Assembly (NCBI GenBank): GCA_937911795.1
Contig: CALDPJ010000025.1
Span: 1-36,414 of the forward strand
DNA: 36,414 nt
DNA from: an uncultured Flavobacteriales bacterium
GTDB taxonomy: Bacteria; Bacteroidota; Bacteroidia; Flavobacteriales_D; SKUL01
Direction: 5' to 3'
Shown one piece after another: positions 8,167-17,044 of this stretch. The notes under the pieces were generated by a model that did not search any database, was not told where the DNA came from, and worked only from the letters and a program-made list of their open reading frames with translations. The first letter of the stretch is position 1. Every line of letters starts with the position of its first letter. The position numbers and the translations under genes were made by a program.

Positions 8167-8988
8167 TCAGAGCACGTGATGCTCCTTCAGCAGTTGTTCC
8201 ATTTCAAGTTGAACAGCTTCACATGCTGAAACGACTGCTTCTTCAAAATTAGCAGAATTATCGGCATAAATAACTGATCTCGATAAGTTAACAAGAAGTC
8301 CACAGTTTTTTGTCATGGCATTGCGCGCCACTTCCTTCAAATCGCCGCCCTGCGCACCGACTCCCGGAACGAGAAAAAAATGTTCAGGCGCAAGATCCCG
8401 AACCTTTCTGATGTGATCACCGGCAGTTGCTCCCACAACCAACATCATTTGTCCCGGATCTCCCCATTGAATTGCCGTCTGCACTACTTTCTGATACAAT
8501 GGCATTCCCTGCCCGAGGGGTTGCATCTGAAAATCAGAACTTCCGGAATTGGACGTTACGGCCAACAGGATAACCCATTTATCTTTCCATTCCAAAAAGG
8601 GATTGACGGAGTCACTTCCCATATAAGGCGCCACCGTCACGGCGTCAGCGTGCAAGGTGTCGAAGAAGGCGCGGGCGTATTGAGCGGAGGTATTACCAAT
8701 GTCACCGCGTTTAGCATCTGCAATCTTCAATATATTATCCGGCATGTATGCGAAAGTATCTTCGAGGGTCTTCCACCCGCGGGAGCCATACTTTTCATAA
8801 AATGCCGTGTTCGGTTTATAGGCAACGCAGTACTTTGAGGTAAGGTCGATGATAACTTTATTGAATTCGAGCACCGGGTTATCGTACTCCAGAAATTTTT
8901 TGGGAATCCGGTCGACATCGGTATCCAGGCCTACGCATAAAAAGCTGCGTTTCCGTTTAATTTCTGCAATGAGTGTTTGTCTGTTCAT
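8167..8988 (-). CDS. pyrF: Orotidine 5'-phosphate decarboxylase (type 2)
   Basis: Contains CVGLDTD, KIADAKRGDIGNTS and FFLVPGVGAQGGD. I prefer the ATG at 8988 to the TTG at 8994 used by the ORF track. Confidence 0.85.
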   Translation of the reverse strand: MNRQTLIAEIKRKRSFLCVGLDTDVDRIPKKFLEYDNPVLEFNKVIIDLTSKYCVAYKPNTAFYEKYGSRGWKTLEDTFAYMPDNILKIADAKRGDIGNTSAQYARAFFDTLHADAVTVAPYMGSDSVNPFLEWKDKWVILLAVTSNSGSSDFQMQPLGQGMPLYQKVVQTAIQWGDPGQMMLVVGATAGDHIRKVRDLAPEHFFLVPGVGAQGGDLKEVARNAMTKNCGLLVNLSRSVIYADNSANFEEAVVSACEAVQLEMEQLLKEHHVL

Positions 8989-8990
8989 CC

Positions 8991-10076
8991 TCAACTTTGC
9001 GTTCCGGCTTTTAGTTTTTCTGCGTTCTCAGCCAGTTTGAGCGATTCAATTAATTCACCAACATCTCCGTTCAGCACGTCCGGAAGGTTGTACAAAGTGA
9101 GGTTGATGCGGTGATCCGTTACCCTTCCCTGGGGATAGTTGTAGGTGCGGATTTTTGCCGACCGGTCTCCGGAAGAAACCATTGTTTTCCGCAGTTCGGC
9201 ATCGGCAGCGAGTTTCTTCTGAAGCTCCATTTCATATATTCTGGAACGCAGAACAGACAACGCTTTGTCGTAATTCTTGAGCTTCGACTTTTGATCTTGA
9301 CACTGCGCCACAATTCCGGTGGGTAAGTGTGTCAAACGTATGGCCGAGTAGGTGGTATTTACGGATTGCCCGCCCGGACCGGAAGAACAATAAGAATCTA
9401 CCCGCAAATCGGATTCCTTCACCTCCACGTCAAACTCCTCAGCCTCGGGAAGCACCATTACGGTTGCAGCCGAAGTATGCACCCGCCCTTGCGTTTCGGT
9501 TTGAGGTACGCGTTGGACACGGTGGACACCAGCTTCGTACTTGAGCGTTCCATACACTTCATTGCCGGATACATTGAAGATGATTTCTTTATATCCTCCG
9601 GAAGTTCCGTGATTGGCATCCACGAGTTCAATGGTCCAGCCCTTTTGATCGCAGTATCGGGTGTACATCCGGTAAAGATCACCCGCAAAAATACTGGCCT
9701 CGTCTCCACCGGTTCCCGCACGAATCTCCAGAATGGCATTTTTGGTATCGGTAGGATCTTTGGGGATAAGCAGCATTTTTACCTTCTCTTCCATCGCTTC
9801 CTGCTCCTGCTCCAGCTCTGACAATTCTGCCTTTGCCATTTCGCGGAATTCTTCATCCTTCTCTTCCTTCACAATTTGCCGCGAGGAATCGATATTATCA
9901 AGAATATTCTTATACTCAATATACGCTTCTTCTATTTCTTCGAGGCTTTTGTACTCCTTCGAAAACTGAGTATATTTTTTCTGATCTGAAATGACATCCG
10001 GATCCACGATGAGTTTGGCCACTTCGTTGCGGCGTTCAACAATAAAACCCAGTTTGTTTAATAACTCTCTGCTCAT
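8991..10076 (-). CDS. prfA: Peptide chain release factor 1
   Basis: It has the GGQ motif ([12 protein letters not shown]) and a PxT-type tripeptide ([14 protein letters not shown]), which indicates RF1 rather than RF2. Length 361 aa. Confidence 0.9.
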   Translation of the reverse strand: MSRELLNKLGFIVERRNEVAKLIVDPDVISDQKKYTQFSKEYKSLEEIEEAYIEYKNILDNIDSSRQIVKEEKDEEFREMAKAELSELEQEQEAMEEKVKMLLIPKDPTDTKNAILEIRAGTGGDEASIFAGDLYRMYTRYCDQKGWTIELVDANHGTSGGYKEIIFNVSGNEVYGTLKYEAGVHRVQRVPQTETQGRVHTSAATVMVLPEAEEFDVEVKESDLRVDSYCSSGPGGQSVNTTYSAIRLTHLPTGIVAQCQDQKSKLKNYDKALSVLRSRIYEMELQKKLAADAELRKTMVSSGDRSAKIRTYNYPQGRVTDHRINLTLYNLPDVLNGDVGELIESLKLAENAEKLKAGTQS

Positions 10077-10079
10077 GGA

Positions 10080-11249
10080 TCAACGGTAATTGAATGTTCC
10101 GTACTCGCTTTTAATGGTTACTTCGCGTTGGCTGCTTTTTTCAACCCGTCCGATAATCCGGGCATCAACGCCAAACGATTTTGAAATTTCGATCATTTTT
10201 GCGGCAGAAACTTCATCGGTATAAATTTCCATCCGGTGCCCCATGTTGAATACGGTATACATCTCCTGCCAATCGGTTTTGGATTCGGATTGAATGAGTT
10301 CAAACAATGGAGGAACCGGAAACAAATTGTCTTTGATTACATGAAGGTCGTCAATAAAATGAAGCACCTTGGTTTGTGCACCACCACTGCAATGCACCAT
10401 TCCTTTCACCTTTGAACGCATTGTGTTTAAAATTTCCCGGATGATGGGAGCGTATGTGCGGGTTGGTGACAGAACGAGCTTTCCGATATCAACAGGAAGA
10501 TTATCCAGTTGTTCGGTCAGGGAGCGGGAACCGCTGTACACAAGATCTGAGGGAATCGCTGCATCGAATGATTCGGGATACTTCTCTGCGAGTATTCGTT
10601 CAAACACATCGTGCCGGGCCGAAGTAAGTCCGTTGGATCCCATTCCTCCGTTGTAAACATTCTCGTATTTCGCCTGACCGAAAGAAGCAAAGCCAACTAC
10701 CACATCTCCTTCGGAAATATGTGAATTGTCGATTACTTCGTCTCTTCTCATGCGGCAAACCACCGTAGAATCCACAATGATGGTGCGGACAAGATCTCCA
10801 ACGTCGGCCGTTTCTCCACCGGTGAGATAGATTCCGATGCCATGTTCGCGCAATTCTGAAAGAAGCACTTCGGTGCTGTTGATGATTTCGGAAATTACTT
10901 CACCGGGTATTAAATTCTTATTGCGACCAATGGTAGATGACAACATAATATTATCAACGGCCCCCACACAGAGCAGATCATCGAGATTCATGACGAGTGC
11001 ATCTTGTGCAATTCCTTTCCAAACCGAAAGATCGCCGGTTTCTTTCCAGTACATATAGGCCAGGGAGCTTTTGGTTCCTGCTCCGTCGGCGTGCATTACC
11101 ACGCAGTACTCAGGGTCATTGCCCAAATGATCGGGTAAAATTTTGCAAAATGCTTTCGGAAAAAGGCCTTTATCAATGTGTGCAATGGCCGCGTGAACGT
11201 CTTCTTTGGCGTGCGATACTCCTCTGCTCTGGTACCTTGACGAGCTCAT
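10080..11249 (-). CDS. purM: Phosphoribosylformylglycinamidine cyclo-ligase (AIR synthase)
   Basis: The 389-aa product shows PurM/AIR-synthase family motifs (HADGAGTKS, DLLCVGA). This is the long Bacteroidota-type form. Confidence 0.8.
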   Translation of the reverse strand: MSSSRYQSRGVSHAKEDVHAAIAHIDKGLFPKAFCKILPDHLGNDPEYCVVMHADGAGTKSSLAYMYWKETGDLSVWKGIAQDALVMNLDDLLCVGAVDNIMLSSTIGRNKNLIPGEVISEIINSTEVLLSELREHGIGIYLTGGETADVGDLVRTIIVDSTVVCRMRRDEVIDNSHISEGDVVVGFASFGQAKYENVYNGGMGSNGLTSARHDVFERILAEKYPESFDAAIPSDLVYSGSRSLTEQLDNLPVDIGKLVLSPTRTYAPIIREILNTMRSKVKGMVHCSGGAQTKVLHFIDDLHVIKDNLFPVPPLFELIQSESKTDWQEMYTVFNMGHRMEIYTDEVSAAKMIEISKSFGVDARIIGRVEKSSQREVTIKSEYGTFNYR

Positions 11250-11327
11250 AGCGTTGATGGTTCTATAAAATGGAAAAGCATTTCAGCTTTACAGCCAAAA
11301 CGCTTTTTCACTCCAATAAATATGTTG

Positions 11328-13337
11328 TTAATTAGGTTCGTCTACTTTATCGACCGGAATGTAGTCAAAACTCAGTACTGCGAAGGTTGTCCGTCTGTTT
11401 TTCTGATGTGCTGCTTCTTTTTCCGCATCGGTTTTCATAGCGTTGATCTGGCTGTCGGTAATTCGAAGCTTCGATTCTCCGTAACCCCGGGCTACCATTC
11501 TTTCGGCAGGAATTCCTTTTGAAATCAGATAATTGACGCATGCCTGGGCACGTCTTTGAGAAAGGTCGAGGTTGTATTTATCTCCTCCGCGCGAATCCGT
11601 ATGCGCCTGTAGTTCGACGATAATTGTCGGGTTATCAACCAGTGTCTGATAGAGGAAATCCAGGGAGTCTTCTGAATTTACTTCTTCGTTTACCTGTAAC
11701 TCCGCCCGGTCATACGCATAACGAACTTCAGGAAATTCAATTTCGTCGGGTTTAGCAACATAGGTAATGAAGAATTCCTTTACGAATGTGGTAGATTCGG
11801 TTACTCCAACAGTGCTGATCTGATCTTTGGCAACCAGGTAATCCTGTTTGCTGACTTCCATAGAATAGGTCACTTCAGGCTTGATGTACCGGTCAGTTCC
11901 GGTTTCCTCGAAGTTGAATCCTCCGTTATTGTCTGTGCTTGCTTCGAATGATGCTCCGTCGGATCCTACCACTTTCACAGTAGCTTCGGGAATTGGAACC
12001 ATGGTTTCTTTATCATAAACATTTCCTTGCAAAGCAAAAACCAGTGGTGGCATTTTGAAACTCCAGATGTTTTCCTGCCCTGTTCCTCCGGCACGACCAG
12101 ATGTGAAAAAACCCTGATCTTCTTCACCATTGTATATAATTCCGTAATCGTGATTTACCGAATTCAACGGAGCTTTCAGATTCTGAACATTCCCCCATTT
12201 CATGTCTTCGGTTTTCTCAGCTACGAACATGTCGAGCCCACCCATACCGGGATGCCCATCAGATGCAAAATAAAGATTTCCGTTATCATGCAGAAAGGGG
12301 AACATTTCGTCATCGGCGGTATTAATTTCCGGACCAAGGTTTTGGGGAGCAGACCATTTTTTAGCTCTGCTGTCGTATGTTGTCAGCCATAGGTCACGGC
12401 CTCCCTGCCCCCCGGGGATATCACCGGCAAAAATCATCATCGATTCCTTATCATCAATTGCGGGATGTCCTACCGTAAAAACCTCTTTGCCTTCTTTAGG
12501 TTTGAGTTCGATCAGTTCCGGTTCGCCCCAGTTCTGACCAACTTTTCGCGCTGTATAAATGTCGCAGCCAAGGCTTTTGTCTTTCTCGCTCTGGCAGCGT
12601 GTAAAGTACATTTGGTTGCGCTTACCATTTAACACAGCAGCTCCTTCGTTGTGCTGGGTGTTGATGGTATTGTTCAGCGGATAGGGTTCACTCCATTTTC
12701 CTTTTTTATCGCGCTGAGAAAAATAGATATCTGAATAGTTTTGGCCTGTTCTTTCGTCAATTTGAGCACCTGCAGAACCCGGTCTGGACGACGTAAAAAA
12801 GATCATATCATTTCGCTTATCTGCCCAGGTTGGAGAAAAGTCGAAATATTGAGAATTGATCTGGACTTCGGGTTCGATCAGGTAGCGCTCCGGATTATCC
12901 ATCCATTCCTGCGCCATTTCACATTCTGCAATGGCCTGATCCACTTCCCGGGCATTGGTGGTATTCTCTTTATACTTGTTGTAATAAGTAATAGCTTCTG
13001 CGAAATTCCCTTGTTTGCGCTCAGATTCTGCTATCCAAAAATAAGCCATTGGATTGTCGTGCCTGGCTTTGAGCGCCTTGTTGTACCAAACGGCAGCTTG
13101 TTCTGTATCGAGCACCAGCCGATAACTTTCGGCTATTTGATACAGCAATCTTCCTTTTTCGGCCAGTTCTTTTTCTTTGGCATATGCTTTTTTATAGAGA
13201 TCTATGGCTTCATAATACCCTTCGTTCTCAAACATATTTTCTGCCTCTTTAATGAAGCGATCGGCGCCCTGGGCTTGTACGGTGCTATATGCAGCTATCA
13301 AGACAAGGCTCAGGAGAAGAGATTTCAAATATTTCAT
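11328..13337 (-). CDS. OmpA-family outer-membrane/peptidoglycan-associated protein with TPR and TolB-like beta-propeller regions
   Basis: It starts with a signal peptide (AAYSTVQAQ). TPR-like repeats and WD40-like/TolB-type repeats follow, then a C-terminal OmpA_C domain (ELQAHTDSRGGDKYNLDLSQRRAQACVNYL). Confidence 0.8.
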   Translation of the reverse strand: MKYLKSLLLSLVLIAAYSTVQAQGADRFIKEAENMFENEGYYEAIDLYKKAYAKEKELAEKGRLLYQIAESYRLVLDTEQAAVWYNKALKARHDNPMAYFWIAESERKQGNFAEAITYYNKYKENTTNAREVDQAIAECEMAQEWMDNPERYLIEPEVQINSQYFDFSPTWADKRNDMIFFTSSRPGSAGAQIDERTGQNYSDIYFSQRDKKGKWSEPYPLNNTINTQHNEGAAVLNGKRNQMYFTRCQSEKDKSLGCDIYTARKVGQNWGEPELIELKPKEGKEVFTVGHPAIDDKESMMIFAGDIPGGQGGRDLWLTTYDSRAKKWSAPQNLGPEINTADDEMFPFLHDNGNLYFASDGHPGMGGLDMFVAEKTEDMKWGNVQNLKAPLNSVNHDYGIIYNGEEDQGFFTSGRAGGTGQENIWSFKMPPLVFALQGNVYDKETMVPIPEATVKVVGSDGASFEASTDNNGGFNFEETGTDRYIKPEVTYSMEVSKQDYLVAKDQISTVGVTESTTFVKEFFITYVAKPDEIEFPEVRYAYDRAELQVNEEVNSEDSLDFLYQTLVDNPTIIVELQAHTDSRGGDKYNLDLSQRRAQACVNYLISKGIPAERMVARGYGESKLRITDSQINAMKTDAEKEAAHQKNRRTTFAVLSFDYIPVDKVDEPN

Positions 13338-13374
13338 TCGATTTGGTTTTACCTGAACTTAAACAATCAAGTCC

Positions 13375-13382
13375 CAAAAATA
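13375..13382 (-). promoter_or_regulatory. Sigma-A type -7 box (TATTTTTG) for the OmpA-family gene
   Basis: A perfect TAnnTTTG octamer lies 38 nt upstream of the ATG at 13337. Confidence 0.4.
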
Positions 13383-13463
13383 ACTAAATATCTTTCAGTT
13401 TTGCAAACAACTCAATCTAAACACAGGTTACGACGGAAGAAGCTGCTGTCACTACTATCATTA

Positions 13464-15653
13464 TTACTTTGTGAAAAGCAATTCTCTCAGTTTTGGCATC
13501 GGCCACAACTCGTCATCAATCAGTAACTCCAGCTTGTCAGAATGATATTTTATCCGGGCCAGATATGGGTTGACTTTATCACAATACGCAAATGCCTTTT
13601 CTTTGACATCGCTCATTTTATTGGCTTTGCGTCGCTCATCGATCATCTCATCGGTTAAAGTTTTAATCTGTTCCACGTGATGAGAGATATCCATTATTAG
13701 CTTGAGCTGAGTGGAACAGGCTTTATCGGCGGGTGCTTTTGGAAGTATCGAGCGCAATCCCTGAACGTTAGAAATGAGAATATTCTGATAGGTAAACGCC
13801 GTAGGTATAATATGATTCTGGGCCAGATCGCCCACCACACGCGATTCAATCTGAACCCGCATAGCATAATTCTCCAGCTCGATATCGATTCGTGCATCCA
13901 TTTCTCTTTCGGAAAGAACATCCATTTCAGAGAAAAGCTTCTTCACTTCCGGCCGCTCGAGGATTTCGATCGCCCGCGGCGTATCTTTCAAATTACTGAG
14001 TCCTCTTTTTGCCGCCTCTTTCACCCACTCCTCGCCGTATCCGTTTCCTTCGAATCGAATGGCTTTGCTCTCTTTGATACATTTCTGAAGTTCTTTCAGA
14101 ATAGCTTCATCCTTATTCACCCCAGCCTTCAGTCTCTTGTCAACTGCTTCCTTAAACAAAATCAATTGTTTGGAAACAATGGTATTCAGTGCCATCATCG
14201 CCGAGCCGCAATTTGCCGAAGAGCCCACAGCGCGGAATTCGAATTTATTTCCTGTAAACGCAAATGGAGATGTCCTGTTGCGGTCGGTGTTGTCGATCAA
14301 CAATTGTGGAATCTTTCCAATATTGAGTTTCAATCCGGTTTTATCCTCGGGGGTCATTTTACCGGCTTTGATATTCTTTTCCAGATCATCGAGAATTCCT
14401 GACAACTGAGATCCGATAAACACCGAAATTATTGCCGGCGGCGCTTCGTTGGCACCCAGGCGCAGATCGTTACCCGCCGATGCAATGCTCGCACGAAGAA
14501 TATCGGAGTTGTCGTGGATGGCTTTGATGGTATTGATCAAAAAAGTCAGAAACCGCAGGTTTGATTTAGGATTTTTCCCCGGACTCAGCAAGTTGACGCC
14601 TGTATTGGTGGACAAGGACCAGTTGTTGTGCTTTCCGGAACCGTTTAAACCGGCAAAAGGTTTTTCATGAAGCAACACACGGAAATGATGTTTACGCGCT
14701 GTTTTTTCGAGGACGTCCATCAACAACAGGTTGTGGTCATTCGCAAGGTTGGCTTCCTCGAATTTGGGAGCCACCTCATATTGATTGGGTGCAACTTCAT
14801 TGTGTCGGGTGGTGACGGGAATTCCGAGTTGAAGGCATTCGATCTCGTAATCGCGCATAAAAGCCATTGCGCGCTCGGGTATGGATCCAAAATAATGATC
14901 ATCGAGTTGCTGACCTTTGGCAGGATTGTGTCCGAATAATGCTCTTCCTGTCAATACGAGATCGGGGCGGGCATTGTAGAGGGCCATATCCACCAGAAAA
15001 TACTCCTGTTCCCAACCGAGGGTTGTATTAACCTTTGTAATATTCTTATCAAAATACTGGCAAACCCCGACTGCTGCTTTATCCATGGCATGCAATGCAC
15101 GCAGCAATGGCATTTTAAAATCGAGCGCATCACCGGTGTAGGACAAAAAGATGGTGGGCACACAAAGTGTTTTACCAATAATAAAAGCCGGTGATGTAGG
15201 ATCCCAGGCGGTATAACCCCGCGCTTCGAACGTGTTGCGCAAACCACCGCTCGGAAAGGAAGAAGCATCCGGCTCCTGCTGAACCAACATACTGCCATCG
15301 AATCTTTCAATTCCGCGACCTTCATCTATACTGTCAAAAAATGCGTCGTGCTTTTCTGCGGTTGCTCCGGTCAGCGGTTGAAACCAGTGCGTGTAATGGG
15401 TCGCGCCACGATTGATTGCCCAGTCTTTCATGGCAGAGGCCACCTGATCGGCTATTTGACGTTCGATACGCTCTCCTTTAAACATAGCGTCCATAACACT
15501 TTTATATGCTTCAGGAGTGAGGTGTTCGCGCATCGCATCGCCGTTGAATGCTTTTTCTCCGAAATATTGTGAGACACGAACTGCGGGTGCTTCGGGTTGT
15601 TTGGGTACCCGGTGAAGTACATCTTCCAGCGCTTTGAATCGTAAGGTTGCCAT
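13464..15653 (-). CDS. glnN: Glutamine synthetase type III
   Basis: The ~729-aa product matches the GSIII pattern (HYTHWFQPLTGATAEKHDAF, TTRHNEVAPNQYEVAP, HEKPFAGLNGSGKHNNWS). I chose the ATG at 15653 because the ORF-track TTG at 15677 lies inside a -7 box. Confidence 0.9.
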   Translation of the reverse strand: MATLRFKALEDVLHRVPKQPEAPAVRVSQYFGEKAFNGDAMREHLTPEAYKSVMDAMFKGERIERQIADQVASAMKDWAINRGATHYTHWFQPLTGATAEKHDAFFDSIDEGRGIERFDGSMLVQQEPDASSFPSGGLRNTFEARGYTAWDPTSPAFIIGKTLCVPTIFLSYTGDALDFKMPLLRALHAMDKAAVGVCQYFDKNITKVNTTLGWEQEYFLVDMALYNARPDLVLTGRALFGHNPAKGQQLDDHYFGSIPERAMAFMRDYEIECLQLGIPVTTRHNEVAPNQYEVAPKFEEANLANDHNLLLMDVLEKTARKHHFRVLLHEKPFAGLNGSGKHNNWSLSTNTGVNLLSPGKNPKSNLRFLTFLINTIKAIHDNSDILRASIASAGNDLRLGANEAPPAIISVFIGSQLSGILDDLEKNIKAGKMTPEDKTGLKLNIGKIPQLLIDNTDRNRTSPFAFTGNKFEFRAVGSSANCGSAMMALNTIVSKQLILFKEAVDKRLKAGVNKDEAILKELQKCIKESKAIRFEGNGYGEEWVKEAAKRGLSNLKDTPRAIEILERPEVKKLFSEMDVLSEREMDARIDIELENYAMRVQIESRVVGDLAQNHIIPTAFTYQNILISNVQGLRSILPKAPADKACSTQLKLIMDISHHVEQIKTLTDEMIDERRKANKMSDVKEKAFAYCDKVNPYLARIKYHSDKLELLIDDELWPMPKLRELLFTK

Positions 15654-15674
15654 AGGTGGTTTTGTTATTTCCAC

Positions 15675-15682
15675 CAAAAGTA
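15675..15682 (-). promoter_or_regulatory. Sigma-A type -7 box (TACTTTTG) for glnN
   Basis: A perfect TAnnTTTG octamer lies 22 nt upstream of the ATG at 15653. Confidence 0.45.
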
Positions 15683-15762
15683 ATTCAAAATTTAGGGGGT
15701 ATATTTAAAAATAACATCTTTTTTTCAACATCACCCCTATTCCGCATGGGGGTAAATTCGTT

Positions 15763-16716
15763 TTATGCCGCTTTTAACACGAAAAAGATGTAGAGGCAAT
15801 AAATAGTCAAGAGAATTACTCCTTCAAACCGGTAAATTTTCTTTCCGAGGATCAGAAATGGCAGAAGTAACAATGCCACACCCAGCATCCAAAGCATGTC
15901 GGAGGAAAGCACTTCGGCACCCACAGGGATATTCGTTACAGTGGCAGTGACACCAAGAATGGACAAAATGTTGAAGGAATTGGAACCAATAAGATTTCCG
16001 ATGGATATATCGCTTTGGCGTTTTATTGCTGCAATTACTGAAGTAGCCAATTCGGGAACAGAGGTACCGAATGCGACAACGGTTACTGAAATCACGTGTT
16101 CACTCACTCCAAACATTCGCGACATTGCAATCGCGCCGTCTAAAAACCATTGTGCGCCCACCATGAGTGCAATGGTACCGGCCAGGATCATTACTACAAG
16201 CTTCCATGATGCAATATTTTTTGCCGGTGCAAGATCTTCAATTTCTCCGGACAGCTGCATGTCCTTTTTGGTTTGTTTGCGTGACTGGAGTATTGAATAT
16301 GAGATATAAAGGATAAATATCACCAGCATTAAAATGCCTTCATACCGCTCCAGCAAACCGTCAAAAGCCATTAGGTAAAACAACAGGGAAGCGGCCATCA
16401 TCACCGGCCAGTCTAATCGTAGGGTTCCTCTCTCCAGCTTCAGCGGATAAATAATTGCAACCAAACCCAGCACCAGTGCAATGTTTGCGATATTACTGCC
16501 CACGACATTTCCTATAGCAATTGCAGGGTGCCCGTCTAAAGCGGCCTTCAAACTCACCAGAAGTTCCGGTGCCGAGGTTCCTATGGAAACGATTGTAACG
16601 CCGACAACGAGCTTCGATATTTTCAATTTCAGAGCCAGACCAACGGCTCCGCGCACCAGGACTTCACCCCCTGCCAACAGCAACGCCAATCCAATAAAAA
16701 ACAGTAAATATATCAT
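15763..16716 (-). CDS. Calcium/sodium antiporter (CaCA family, YrbG-like)
   Basis: The 317-aa polytopic product has two alpha-repeats: GTSAPELLVSL...GNVVGSNIANI and GTSVPELATSV...GNLIGSNSFNI. Confidence 0.85.
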   Translation of the reverse strand: MIYLLFFIGLALLLAGGEVLVRGAVGLALKLKISKLVVGVTIVSIGTSAPELLVSLKAALDGHPAIAIGNVVGSNIANIALVLGLVAIIYPLKLERGTLRLDWPVMMAASLLFYLMAFDGLLERYEGILMLVIFILYISYSILQSRKQTKKDMQLSGEIEDLAPAKNIASWKLVVMILAGTIALMVGAQWFLDGAIAMSRMFGVSEHVISVTVVAFGTSVPELATSVIAAIKRQSDISIGNLIGSNSFNILSILGVTATVTNIPVGAEVLSSDMLWMLGVALLLLPFLILGKKIYRFEGVILLTIYCLYIFFVLKAA

Positions 16717-16725
16717 CCGGACAGG

Positions 16726-16959
16726 TTAAGACTCAAGATTGTCTTTTATATCCTTACGCTGCTTTTTGACCTCATCCTGGAGCTCCTGGGTGGAACTCAA
16801 AATATCGCGCTGGATATCCTGGGTGGCATCGCGAAATTGCCGGATTCCTTTACCCATGGTTCGGGCAACATTTGGGATGCCCTTTTTGCCAAAAAACATC
16901 ACGGCAACCAACATGATTACGACCAATTCCCCACCGCTGATATTAAAAAATAGTAACAC
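16726..16959 (-). CDS. tatA: Twin-arginine translocase subunit TatA/E
   Basis: The 77-aa product has an N-terminal TM helix followed by FGKKGIPNVARTMGKGIRQFRDA, the TatA hinge and amphipathic helix. The start is GTG. Confidence 0.75.
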   Translation of the reverse strand: MLLFFNISGGELVVIMLVAVMFFGKKGIPNVARTMGKGIRQFRDATQDIQRDILSSTQELQDEVKKQRKDIKDNLES

Positions 16960-16980
16960 CTGATTTTCGATATTTGATCA

Positions 16981-16988
16981 CAAAAGTA
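16981..16988 (-). promoter_or_regulatory. Sigma-A type -7 box (TACTTTTG) for tatA and the CaCA gene
   Basis: A perfect TAnnTTTG octamer lies 22 nt upstream of the GTG at 16959. It merges with the T-run of the secDF terminator. Confidence 0.4.
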
Positions 16989-17018
16989 AAAAAAGCCTTC
17001 CGCAAAGTGCGAAAGGCT
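16987..17018 (-). terminator. Rho-independent terminator downstream of secDF
   Basis: An 11-bp stem with one mismatch (AGCCTTTCGCA-ctt-TGCGGAAGGCT on the minus strand) is followed by TTTTTTT. Confidence 0.6.
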
Positions 17019-17044
17019 TCTCTGAAGTTTTATTGAAAGAATCT

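Noticed and set aside
12741-13526. 261-aa plus-strand ORF spanning the OmpA-family gene 5' half, the intergenic region and the glnN 3' end.
   Set aside because: It is antisense to two confidently called genes and crosses their intergenic promoter region. It is Cys/Phe/Ile-rich with no recognisable domain, so it is almost certainly spurious.
13812-14402. 196-aa plus-strand ORF, with several 60-124-aa ORFs on both strands nearby, inside glnN.
   Set aside because: They are shadow ORFs within the strongly supported type III glutamine synthetase gene. None has motifs.
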